Origin: a virus
Lineage: Duplodnaviria; Caudoviricetes
Reading direction: 5' to 3' (one strand)
Length of the DNA: 27,483 nucleotides
Virus record (IMG/VR): IMGVR_UViG_3300032335_001108
Coordinates: 1-27,483 of that record
The translations under genes were made by a program, and so were the position numbers. This document shows, piece after piece, positions 15,257 through 25,700 of this stretch. The notes below the pieces were generated by a model. The model saw only the letters and a list, made by a program, of their open reading frames with translations. It did not search any database and was not told the DNA's origin. Position 1 is the stretch's first letter. Each line of letters begins with the position of its first letter.

Positions 15257-17568
15257 GTGGTGGGGGCGATAAAGCGCAGCCGCAAGAGCAGCAGGTTACT
15301 ACCACAACCAGCAACCTGCCCGAATACGCTCGTCCGTATTTCGAGAACCTCGTCAACCGGGCGCAGGCAGAGTCTTATCGCGAGTACACCCCTTACCAAG
15401 ACCAGCGCATTGCTGGCTTTACCCCCGGACAAACTCAAGTCCAGCAGCAGACGATGGGGATGCAAGCCCCCGGGCAGTACGGCATGGCTTCCGGGCTAGC
15501 TGGCGCTTCGGGTCTTGGGTCTATGGCTGCGGGTCAGTACGCACCCGCGCAGGTGAACAACCAGCAGATCGGCCAGCCTAACCTGCTGAACTACCAGATG
15601 CGCAACGCGCAGAACGTCTACGGCATGGCGCAGGTCGCGCCTCAGATCGCCACCGCCCAGACGGGCTATAACCCTAACCTGCAGAACCTGCAGATGGGAG
15701 CGGCGGATCAAGTCGCTGCGCAGAACTACAACGCCCCGCAGATGGGCGTCTCTCGTACGAACTACGCTCCCGGGCTTCAGCAGTACCTGATGGCCAACGC
15801 GCCGGACGTTACGGCGCAGCAGTACAACTCGCCTCAGATGCAGGCGGCGGCCACTACCTTCTCGCCAGAGCTGCAGCAAATCCTTATGGGCCCGGCGGGT
15901 CGGGTCTCTGGTTCGCAGCTTACCGCTGCGGATACACCGCAGATCACCGCTGCTCAGACCAGCTTCGATCCTAACCTGCAGCAGTACCAGATGGGTGCTC
16001 CCGACGAGTTCGGTCAGGCTCAGGCGTCCCAGTACATGTCCCCGTATGTCCAGAGCGTGCTGGATGTGCAGAAGCGCGAAGCCGTCACCGACGCGCGCAA
16101 GGCGCAGATCAACCAAGACCTCGGCGCTGCCCGTCAGGGTACCTATGGTGGCTCTCGTCAGCTTCTGGCGGGCATGGAGCGCGAGCGAGCGCTGGGTCAA
16201 CAACTCGGGGATATCCAAGCTCGCGGGCTCCAGTCTGCGTACGAAAATGCGCAGTCTCAGTTTGAGCGCGACCGCGCGGCAGGGATGAGCGCCGAAGGTC
16301 AGAACCTTCAAGCACGCCTTGGCGTGCAACAACTGGGGGCCCAGACCGGCGTCCAGACGGCGCTGGCTAATCTCTCTTCGGAACAGCAGGCGCGGGTGCA
16401 GAACCAAGCGGCCCTGCTCCAGAACCAAGGGATGAACGCCGAGCAGGCGATGCGCGCGGCGCTGGCCAACCAGCAAGCCGAGCTTACTGTGGGGCAACAG
16501 AACCAGCAGGCAGGACTGCAAACGCAGCAGCTGGGGACTCAGACCGGACTCCAAACGGCGCTGGCTAACCTGACGTCCGAGCAGCAGGCCAACGTCCAGA
16601 ACCAAGCGGCACAACTGCAAACGCAGGGAATGAACGCCGAACAGGCGATGCGTGCAGCGCTGTCTAACCAGCAGGCGGCTCTTACTGTCGGGCAGCAGAA
16701 CCAACAGGCTCAGCTCAACACTCAACAGCTGGGGACTCAGACGGGCCTTCAGACGGCGCTGGCTAACCTGTCCTCGGAGCAGCAGGCTCAAGTCCAGAAC
16801 CAAGCGGCACAACTGCAAACGCAGGGGCTTAACGCTGAACAGGCCATGCGCGCGGCGCTGGCCAACCAGCAAGCTGGACTCACGGTCGGACAACAGAACC
16901 TGCAGGCGGGGCTGCAAACCCAGCAACTCGGCGCTCAAACGGGTGTCCAGACGGCGCTGGCTAACCTGTCCTCGGCACAACAAGCGAACGTGCAGAACCA
17001 AGCGGCCATCCTGCAAACGCAGGGGCTTAACGCTGAACAGGCGATGCGCGCGGCGCTGGCCAACCAGCAGGCCCAACTGACGACGGGGCAACAGAACCTG
17101 CAGGCTAACCTGCAGACGCAGCAGCTTGGCGCTCAAACCGGCCTGCAAGCTCTTATGGCTAACCAGCAGACTAACCTCGAAGCCCAACGGTTGGCGGAGC
17201 AGTCGCGTCAGTTTGGGGGTAACCTCGGCCTGCAGGGTCTGGCGCAAGCCAACCAGAGTGCACAGACGCTCAGCAACATCGGCTCGGCTCAGCAGCAAGC
17301 GGAACTGTCTCGTCTCGCCGCGCAAGGGAACGTGGCCGCGCAGCAGCAGCTTCTGCAGCAGCAGCAAATGGACATGGCGTACGCCGACTTCCTGCGCCAG
17401 CGCGACTACCCGATGGAACAGCTGGGTTACTACAGTAATATCCTGCGCGGTCTCCCGGTTGGTCTCGGTTCTACCGCGACGACGTATGGACAACCCCCGT
17501 CCGTTGCTGCACAGATCGGTGGTGTTGGGCTCGGCGCTACGGCGCTTTCTCAGATGGCACGAGGCTAA
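15253..17568 (+). CDS. Gln-rich putative ejection / DNA-conduit protein 2
   Basis: 771 aa starting MSGGG; LPEYARPY, YQDQRIAGFT, YMSPY, GTYGGSRQ and QRDYP motifs typical of podovirus DNA-transfer proteins; glycine-rich hydrophobic C-terminus. Confidence 0.75.
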   Translation: MSGGGDKAQPQEQQVTTTTSNLPEYARPYFENLVNRAQAESYREYTPYQDQRIAGFTPGQTQVQQQTMGMQAPGQYGMASGLAGASGLGSMAAGQYAPAQVNNQQIGQPNLLNYQMRNAQNVYGMAQVAPQIATAQTGYNPNLQNLQMGAADQVAAQNYNAPQMGVSRTNYAPGLQQYLMANAPDVTAQQYNSPQMQAAATTFSPELQQILMGPAGRVSGSQLTAADTPQITAAQTSFDPNLQQYQMGAPDEFGQAQASQYMSPYVQSVLDVQKREAVTDARKAQINQDLGAARQGTYGGSRQLLAGMERERALGQQLGDIQARGLQSAYENAQSQFERDRAAGMSAEGQNLQARLGVQQLGAQTGVQTALANLSSEQQARVQNQAALLQNQGMNAEQAMRAALANQQAELTVGQQNQQAGLQTQQLGTQTGLQTALANLTSEQQANVQNQAAQLQTQGMNAEQAMRAALSNQQAALTVGQQNQQAQLNTQQLGTQTGLQTALANLSSEQQAQVQNQAAQLQTQGLNAEQAMRAALANQQAGLTVGQQNLQAGLQTQQLGAQTGVQTALANLSSAQQANVQNQAAILQTQGLNAEQAMRAALANQQAQLTTGQQNLQANLQTQQLGAQTGLQALMANQQTNLEAQRLAEQSRQFGGNLGLQGLAQANQSAQTLSNIGSAQQQAELSRLAAQGNVAAQQQLLQQQQMDMAYADFLRQRDYPMEQLGYYSNILRGLPVGLGSTATTYGQPPSVAAQIGGVGLGATALSQMARG
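15637..16011 (+). repeat. Four degenerate ~32-aa repeats
   Basis: Units start at 15637, 15733, 15829 and 15934, pattern xPQ[IM]xxxxTx[YF]xPxLQxxxM. Confidence 0.8.
16327..17169 (+). repeat. 198-nt (66-aa) tandem repeat, 4 full copies plus a partial
   Basis: QQLG starts at 16327, 16525, 16723, 16921 and 17119. Confidence 0.95.
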
Positions 17569-17571
17569 ACG

Positions 17572-19746
17572 ATGGCTACTAAACCGTTCAGTCTTCAGTC
17601 GCCCGAGCAGATCGCCAAGGACTACGGCGGTAACAAGCAGAAGATCGCCCAAGCTGCACAGTCTGGCCTTCTGGACCCCACTGCCGCCGTCATGGCGGGG
17701 ATGTTCATCGACCGCATGCGCTCTGCACAAACGCAGGAGCAGGGGCCCCCGACTACCGTGGCCCAGCAGGTCTTCGCGCCTCCGCAACCGCCTCAGGGCG
17801 CTCCACCTCCGATGATGGGCCAGCCGGGTATGGCTCCCCCGATGGGTGCCCCTATGCCTCCGCCTCCCCCCGCGGCTCCCCCGATGGGTGCTCCGCCTGT
17901 TGGTATGGCTAGCGGCGGTCTAACGGCGCTCCCGCTTCCTGACAACATGTTCGACGAGCCTGACGGCATGGGCTACGCGGGTGGCGGCATCGTGGCTTTC
18001 GCTGAAGGTGGTGAAGCTGACGACGAACTTACGCTTGGAGACCGACTGCGCGAGCAGTTCAGAGGTCCTGAAGACCCCACGTATTACGGTCGGCCTATGA
18101 CGGCGGCGGATATGCGCGAACAGTTTGGCATCCCCGAGCCCAAGAAGCCGAAGCCCGAACTCCCCACTCTCGGAGACCGACTGCGCGAGCAGTTCAGAGG
18201 CCCAGAGGACCCTACATATTACGGTCGGCCCATGACGGCGGCGGATATGCGCGGGACGTTCGGTATCCCCGAACCCAAGAAGGCTGAGCGCCCTGCGTTT
18301 CGCCAACAAGACAGTCGGTCGCGCTCCATGCTAACCGGCGCCCCCCCTGCACGCCCGTCGGAAGCGGCTTCTACTCGCGCCCTCCCTCTTCCCGAAGGAT
18401 ACGTCCCTTTCGGCGGCGAAGGGACCGGTATCTCCCGCCTGTTGGGCGGTTTGGGGGACGAGTCTTTCGCGGCTAAAGAGTTCCAAAAGGCCACGGCGCA
18501 GTACTACCGCGACCGCGCAGCGTACGATGCTGCGAGGGACAGGAACGCGCGCATCGCTGCGGTCGGCGGCGGGAAGCCGCAACCTCTGCCACCTAAGCCG
18601 GTCATGCCGAAGCAGAGTGATTTTAAGGTCGCCCCCAAGGCTAAGCCCGCCGCCCCCGCCGCTAAACCTGCCGCCGCTCCCGCTCGTGCGGGTAATACCC
18701 CCGCCGCTTCTGCCGGTATCCTTGATTTGTCGGGCGGGCAATCGCGTGAGTCGATCCCGAGGGGGACCCTTTACCGCGACCCGCAGGGCAACATTCGCCG
18801 TAATGACAACGGCGATAAGGGCAACCCGATTGTAACCGCCCCCGCTCCCCGCGTTATCGCTCCCCCTCCCCCTGCTCCCCGTGTTGGCGGCGGTGCTCCT
18901 ACGCCTCCCCGTGTTGGTGCCCCTGCCCCCGCAGGTCCGGCTCTGCCTGCTTCTCCTGCCGCCGCTCCCGGCGCTACCGCCGCTCCCGCCGCTCCCGGTG
19001 CTCCTCGGACTCTCGGTGGCGTGCCCGCCGACGCGGCGGCCATCATGGCGCAGCAAAAACAGCTGGCCCCGCAGTCTACGGCTGCTACCGACGCTATGCG
19101 GGATTACTACCAGCGCATGTCCTCACCTGAGGCGCTGGCGGCTCAGAAAAAGCAGGATATGTGGGCTACGTTGGCGCAGATCGGCTTTGGTATGGCGGGT
19201 TCTAACTCTCCGTCGTTCCTGCAGGCTGCTGGACAATCAGCGTCGGCTGCCATGCCGGGTATGATGCAGGCCAACAGGGACCGCAAAGCCCAAGAAGCCG
19301 CGTCCGTGCGCGGTATGTTCGATATCGAGACGGCTACCAACAAGGCTAATACCGACCTGTATCAGTACGCGCAGAGACTCGCTGTCGAAGTAGACAGGGG
19401 TATTAAGACGCAGGAGCAGGCGGATGCAGAGCTCGCCCTTAGAGCAAGGCAAGTTGACGAACAAATTCGTAGCAACAAAGCTGGTGAGGATATTGATAGG
19501 GGGAAAATTAACGCGCGTGGGTCCGGCGGCGGTAGGGCGCCCAAAGAGACCGTCAGCCAGTATTGGGCGCGACGTAGGGTAGAAGCCAATGCTGGAGACC
19601 CAGAGGCCCAAGATGAAGTCGCTGCCTACGACCAAAATAGGACGCGCAGCGGCGGTAACCCGTACCAACGCGGGACCGCCTCTACAGGCAGCACGCCCGC
19701 CCGGGATAGGAAGCCCATAACTGACTTCGACACCAGAGGGAGGTAA
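17572..19746 (+). CDS. Pro/Ala-rich putative ejection protein 3
   Basis: 724 aa; PTTVAQQV, MASGGL and YAGGGIVAFAEGG motifs, amphipathic WATLAQIGFGMAG segment, C-terminal coiled coil. Confidence 0.7.
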   Translation: MATKPFSLQSPEQIAKDYGGNKQKIAQAAQSGLLDPTAAVMAGMFIDRMRSAQTQEQGPPTTVAQQVFAPPQPPQGAPPPMMGQPGMAPPMGAPMPPPPPAAPPMGAPPVGMASGGLTALPLPDNMFDEPDGMGYAGGGIVAFAEGGEADDELTLGDRLREQFRGPEDPTYYGRPMTAADMREQFGIPEPKKPKPELPTLGDRLREQFRGPEDPTYYGRPMTAADMRGTFGIPEPKKAERPAFRQQDSRSRSMLTGAPPARPSEAASTRALPLPEGYVPFGGEGTGISRLLGGLGDESFAAKEFQKATAQYYRDRAAYDAARDRNARIAAVGGGKPQPLPPKPVMPKQSDFKVAPKAKPAAPAAKPAAAPARAGNTPAASAGILDLSGGQSRESIPRGTLYRDPQGNIRRNDNGDKGNPIVTAPAPRVIAPPPPAPRVGGGAPTPPRVGAPAPAGPALPASPAAAPGATAAPAAPGAPRTLGGVPADAAAIMAQQKQLAPQSTAATDAMRDYYQRMSSPEALAAQKKQDMWATLAQIGFGMAGSNSPSFLQAAGQSASAAMPGMMQANRDRKAQEAASVRGMFDIETATNKANTDLYQYAQRLAVEVDRGIKTQEQADAELALRARQVDEQIRSNKAGEDIDRGKINARGSGGGRAPKETVSQYWARRRVEANAGDPEAQDEVAAYDQNRTRSGGNPYQRGTASTGSTPARDRKPITDFDTRGR
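18031..18282 (+). repeat. 117-nt (39-aa) direct duplication, period 135 nt
   Basis: TLGDRLREQFRGPEDPTYYGRPMTAADMR[EQ/GT]FGIPEPKK at 18031 and 18166. Confidence 0.95.
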
Positions 19747-19752
19747 GCCGCT

Positions 19753-22700
19753 ATGGGTTTCGACGTAGCGGGTGCGAGGAAGGCGGGGTACTCGGACGCG
19801 GAGATCGCCGCGCATCTGGCCAAGCAGCGTAAGTTCGACATGGCTGGCGCGCGCAAAGCCGGGTACGGCGACGCCGAGATCGTCGCTTACCTAGCTGGTA
19901 AGCCAGCGAAGAAGTCCGGCCCGTTCCAAGGTGTGGTCGACGTCGGCGCGCAGGCACTGGAAGGCGGCCTTGGGTTTTCGCGCGCGGTCACTGATGTGTT
20001 CGGGGCGTCGAACCCCGCGTCTGACTGGCTTAGCGAGCGTACGGAAGATGTGCAGGGATGGCTGTCCCCGGAAGCGCAGCGCAAGCGCGCTGCGTCTGCC
20101 GCTCGGCTCGAAGAGACCAAGGATGGCACGATCCCGGAGCAGATCGTCGGGGGGTTCCGTGCCTTCGGAGAGAACCCGTTGGGTAACATCGCGCAGGGGG
20201 TTGGCTCTGTAGCCGCGCCCCTAGCGCTTACTGCCGGGGCTATCGCTAGTCTACCAGCCAGCGCACCCGCAGGTGCTGCGGCATTGGTCGGGACGGGTGT
20301 CGCCGTAGGCACTGGCGCTCTCGCGGGCGCGGGCTCTGTTAAGGGCTCTGTATACGATGCCGTGTACAGCGCTATGACCGAGAACAATGTGCCACCCGCA
20401 CAGGCGGAGGAAGCCGCGAAGCGCGCGCAGAGCTACGGCGGGGAGAACCTAGATCAAATCTTGCTGGCCGCAGGTATCGGCGGCGCTGCGGGCGTGCTCG
20501 GCGCTGAAACAGCCGCGATCCGTTCTTCGGTAATCCGACGCCTGACGGGCGGGAACGTAGCCGAAGCCGCCGCCAGACAAGCGACCAAGGGCTTAGCGCG
20601 CCGCGCGGGAGAGACGGCGTTTATTGAAGGCGGCACCGAGGGGCTACAAGGGGGGCAAGAACAGTTTGCGCAGAACCTCGCCACTCGCCGGGAAGGCTTC
20701 GACACCCCGCTTATGCAGGGTGTCGCGGGCTCCGCTACCCTAGAGGGCACTATAGGGGCGCTCCTCGGCGCGGGAGCTGGCGCTATGGAGCGCACTGCCC
20801 CCCGCGCTCCTACACCGGACATCACCGAAGACGGCGCTCCTGTTGGGGTAGACACTTCCCTACCCCCCGCTGTTCCATCCGCCACCGAAGGTCTCTTCAC
20901 GCCCTATACTCCCCGTGATCGCGGCCCTGTGCGACCTATAACGGGCGATGCAGATATAGATGCTGTACTTACTTCGTATGGCTTTAACCCTGAGAACATC
21001 GCTGGTGTAGCGCCGCAACAGGGAGAGGTTGTCCTTCCTGAAGGCGTAGCCCCGGCTACGAAGCGTGGGCGAAAAGCTGCGCCGGTAGCAGAAGCTCCGC
21101 TGGAAGCGGAGGCCGCGCCGGTAGAAGAAACCGTAGCAATAGCCCCGGCTACGAAGCGTGGACGAAAAGCTGCGCCGGTAGCAGAAGCTGCGCCGGTAGC
21201 AGAAGCTGCGCAGGTAGAAGAAGCGACCCCCGCTGAACGGTTTGATGTAGCTGCGGTAGAAGCAGCCAGAGCGCTTGGGCTGGATTACACCGGGGAAAGG
21301 GTCTTTACCGCAGCGGCGCTAATGCACCGGATGGAGCCTGATAAGCTTGCGGATATCTACGCCGCTGCTGAGAACGAGCCCCTCACAAGAAAGACAATCG
21401 AAGACGCTATAAAGTTCGTTGAGGGTATCGGTGCCCCGGCTAAAGCCGCTTCGCAAGCGGACATGCCTGCTGCGCCCAAGTTCTCTATCGTCGAAGGGGT
21501 TGACGTTATCGGGGATAAACAAATCCCCCACTACAAGGCGCAGGTAGACGGAAAAACGGTGAGCATCCTGAGCTCGCTGGAAGAAGCGCAGGCCAAGCTT
21601 GTCTCTCTGGGAGCGCCGCCATCGGCTGCTCCTGCTACCGCCCCGCTTACCCCTGAAAACTATGTTGCTAAAGCGGTGGAACAGGCCAAGGAGCTTGCGC
21701 CGACTTCTCTGGACGACCCTCTGCAGATGAAAGCCTTTGTCGCCGGGGCTAAGGCTGCGGCTACAGGGAAGAAGGTAAACCCCACAAGCCGTAAAGCAGA
21801 CCAGAGAGACTCTTACGCTGCAGGTGCGGGCGCTGTCGCCCTCCTGCAAAAGGCTCCGCAGGATACTCCCGCCGCTGACCTTACTCCTGCCCCTCAGGCT
21901 GCTCCCGTCATCGCCCCGCAGGTCGCGCCGGTAGAAGAAGCCGCTCCTGCCCCCGCCCCTAAAGCAAAAAAAACCAAGCCGGTCTTCACTCCCGACGAGG
22001 TTGCTCAGGCTGCGGTAGAGGTGATCAATACCGGTGCTACAGAAGCTGGCGTTGCATCCCCCCTGCTCGACAAGAACCAAATGCTTGCCTTCGTTGCGGG
22101 CGCTAAAGCCGCCGCTGAGGGTAAGAAGGTAAACCCTGCCTCACGTGCAGCCGACCAAAGAGACGCCTACACTTCCGGTGCTGACACCGCAAAACGCTTC
22201 CTCGACGACTGGGCCGCCAAGAGAGCTGCTCTTACGGAAGGCGTACCTGTCCAACAAATCCCGGAGAAGGTTAAGGGGATCGCTGCCGGGCGCGCGGCTC
22301 CCGATAGTGGGCCTAGAGACTTCAGCAAGGTTAACAGGCAGGACCAGCCGGAGTTTTTCGGCGACCTCGACCAAGCGCAAGAAGACATCCGCAAAGCCAT
22401 AACGACTGCGCAGAACGCCAGAAAAGCGGGACAGATTGATAACGCCGGTCTAACCGCCGTACTGGCTTACGGACGGCCCGAGACGGAGGTTCGTCCAGAC
22501 GGCACCGAGAAAATTATCCGTAACCCCAACGCGCGCCTCATGCTGCAGGAGCTTGAGAAACAAAAAACGCGGGGCACCCCGGAAGGCATTAGCGCGGAAC
22601 CGTCAGACTTCCGTACCGGTAGAGAAGCTCTGTACTCTGACCAGCCAGTGGAGGAAGGTCCGCCTCTCCCTATGGGAGATGTTGTTAAAATCGTTAAGGC

Positions 22701-25700
22701 TGCCTCGCGTGGGTGGACTAACCCGCCGCTTATCAACGTCGTGCCGTCGTTTAAAGACCTACCAGAGTGGATGCGGAAGGACGCTGACAAAAACACAGTA
22801 AACGGTATCCTTGGGGCAACCGTAAAGCAAGGCAGAGAAGTTTACATTATTGCTGACAGGCACTCCTCACGAGAAGGGGTGGTGGCTACTCTGTTCCACG
22901 AGGCGCTGGGGCACTCTGGGCTCGCCAAAGTGTTTAAGGAGAGGCTACGCGCTGTTATGAGCGCTATCTACAACAGCAACCAGAACGCCAAAAAAGCTGC
23001 AGACGAGTGGCTCGCCGCCAGACCGAAGTTCCGCAAAAACCTCCCACAACCCGCGCGTCTATCCTACGCTGTAGAGGAAGTGCTGGCGCTGGGTGCGCAA
23101 GAAGGAGCCTCTAAGCTGTCTTGGTACCGAGGCGCGATGGCTACCGTGCGCAACTTTATCCGCAGCATTGGAGAGCGAGCTGGCCTCCACCTAAAGTACT
23201 CCGACAAAGACATTCTGGCTATTCTGGCCGCCGCTAGAGAAGAAGTTGAGACAGGCGTAGCCACCCGCAAGCCATACAATCCGGACTTGCCTGACGAGGC
23301 TATGTACGCGAGCAAGGGTAAGGGTAAGGCCGCTCCTCCCGCTCCCCCCGCTCCTGCTTATCCTGCCGACAGCGCTATAGATAAGCAGCTGGCTAAAACC
23401 AAGGTAGCGCTCAACGACGCCTTTGCGGACGGGGCTAGGCACGACGCCAAACTCGCCAAGGTACTGGGGCGGCCACTAGCGGCGCACGAAACCCTCGATG
23501 AGCCCCTGCGCATGGTCAGGAGTATGTCTGCGGGTATCAAGCAGACTGTGCTCCACGAGTTTATCCAGCCGCTTGAAGAAATGATGCGCAAGCTGGGGGT
23601 GGACTACAACGAGTTTGGTTTGTTCCTCTGGGCTCGTTCTGCCCCAGACCGCAACAAAATGGTCGCGGATAGAAGCAAGGATGTGCCGCCGCCGAACAAC
23701 GGCTCTGGCCTGACAAACGCAGAAGCCGCCGGGCACCTGCAGAGGTTCCACGCAGAAGGCAAGCTGGCCAAGATGCAGCAGCTGGCCAAGATACACGACG
23801 CGCTGGTTGACTACCTCCTAGCTGAGCGGGTCAATGCTGGCCTCCTATCGCAGGACCAAGCAAAAAATCTGCGTGATGAGCAGCCGTTCTACGCCGCGCT
23901 GAAGGGCCGCGCCAAGGCCGGAGACATGCTCGTCTCTGAGGATGAAGACCCACATGCGGAGTTCGATACCCCCAGTCAGGGGATGGGTGGCTCTGAGTTT
24001 ATCCGTGCCAGAGGGCGTGAGAGCGTCCCCCTTCACCCGCTTGTAAACCTGCACGCTGACTCTAGTGGTGTGGCCAACAGCATCACTAAAAACGCCGTTC
24101 TACGTCGCGCTGTAGAGCAGATAGACGCCTTCCCCACTATGGAGAGGGACGTTGCTACTTACTATACCAAAAGCAAACCGAAGATAATCAACGGCAACAA
24201 GCAAAATATGATCTCGTATGCTAGGAACAACAACGAAATATACACTGCCAAGGTAGACGGTGAGCCGGTCTATATTGAGTTCCGCCCCACAGAGGGCGGC
24301 GCTGCACTGCGCCGCGCCTTCGAAAACATGAAGGTCAAACCCCTTGAGGGGTTCATGGGCGGCTATGCCAGTGTTGCCTCTATCCTGCGCCAAGCCTTGA
24401 CGACCAAGAACATCGCCTACCTGCTCGGCCCTGCGTTCATACGGGACGTTCTTGACTCCGTGACGTCGGCGTATGCTGCAGAGACCTCGGCGGGCAGTCC
24501 GGCATTGGGCAAGAAACTGGGCAACCGCGTCGTTAAGCGGATGTTCACACCTGCAGTCATGGGGGCTGTGCGGCGCTACGTCCGGAACGAAAAAGGCACG
24601 ACGCAAGCTCAACAGGCTATGGACCGGCTCATGGTCCAGATGATCAGGGACGGCGGCTCTGTCAGCCAGTCGCTTCTCAGCGGAGCGGAGAACATCGCCA
24701 AGGACGTCGCCAAGCGCGCCAAGCGTTACGAGTCCATGAGCAAAGGCGATCCCCTCGCTCTGGCCAAGCAGGGCTTCCACGTTGTTAACGGGGCACTGGA
24801 CGGCATCGCTCACTTCAACGACCTGTACGGGCGCTTCGCTACCTACGCTTCTGCTCTGGAGCTCGGTATTGGCCGTAAAGGCGCGGCTGCTCTGGCGCTT
24901 AACTCGTCTCTGGACCTGACGCGCCGGGGTACGGCTGCCCCTGTTATGGACAACCTGTTCTTCTTCTTCAGTCCGACCGTGGAAGGCGGACGCAAGTTCC
25001 TGAACATGGCCTTCACGTCCAAGAACGGCATGAAGTTCATGGGCGGCATGTTCATGCTCGGTGCGCTCTCTACCCTGTGGAACTACTCCATGGCGGGCGG
25101 GGATGACGATGAAGACGGGCGTTCCAACTTCCGGGATGTGAGCAAGGTCACGCGTCAGACACGCACGGTATGGTTCTACGGCGATGGCGCGGACGACTAC
25201 GTTGCTATCCCGCTGGGCTTTATGGGTGCCTTGCCGCAGTACATGGGCTCCAAGGCCATGGAGGCGGTTATCGGGGAGACGTCACCTGAAGAGGCCGGTG
25301 CCTCTATTACTAGCTCTATAGCAGACATACTCTCTGCTACGTTTGCTGCGCTATCCCCGATCCGCCCCACTGGCGGCGATGTACAGGAGGGGGCTGCATC
25401 TGTCGTGCCTAACGTCATCAAGCCGTTTACAGATACGATGATTAACCGCAACTTCTTCGGGTCGCCTATCCATAACCAGAAGTACAGCAACCAAGTTTCC
25501 GACGCCTCGTCTGGTCGCGAGTCGACCGGGGCCGTATGGAAGTGGCTCGCGCAGACTGTCAACGATATGAGCGGGGGCGCGGGCACTGTGCCCGGCAAGG
25601 CAGACTTCTACCCGGAGTCCTACCGCTACATCTTTGAGTCTCTCGTCGGCGGGTCCTACAAATTCGTTAAGGATACAGTGAAGTTTGTGAGTGGTACGCC

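Noticed and set aside
16327-17169. CRISPR-like array
   Set aside because: Repeats are contiguous, in-frame 198-nt coding units with no unique spacers and no cas genes.
15496-17787. 763-aa antisense ORF
   Set aside because: Shadow of the CAG-rich repetitive sense gene; Leu/Arg-rich translation with no motifs and opposite to the operon direction.
21965-21975. A8 run as a programmed frameshift or phase-variation site
   Set aside because: Encodes an ordinary Ala-Lys-Lys-Thr linker in an intact ORF; no evident stimulatory structure or useful alternative frame.
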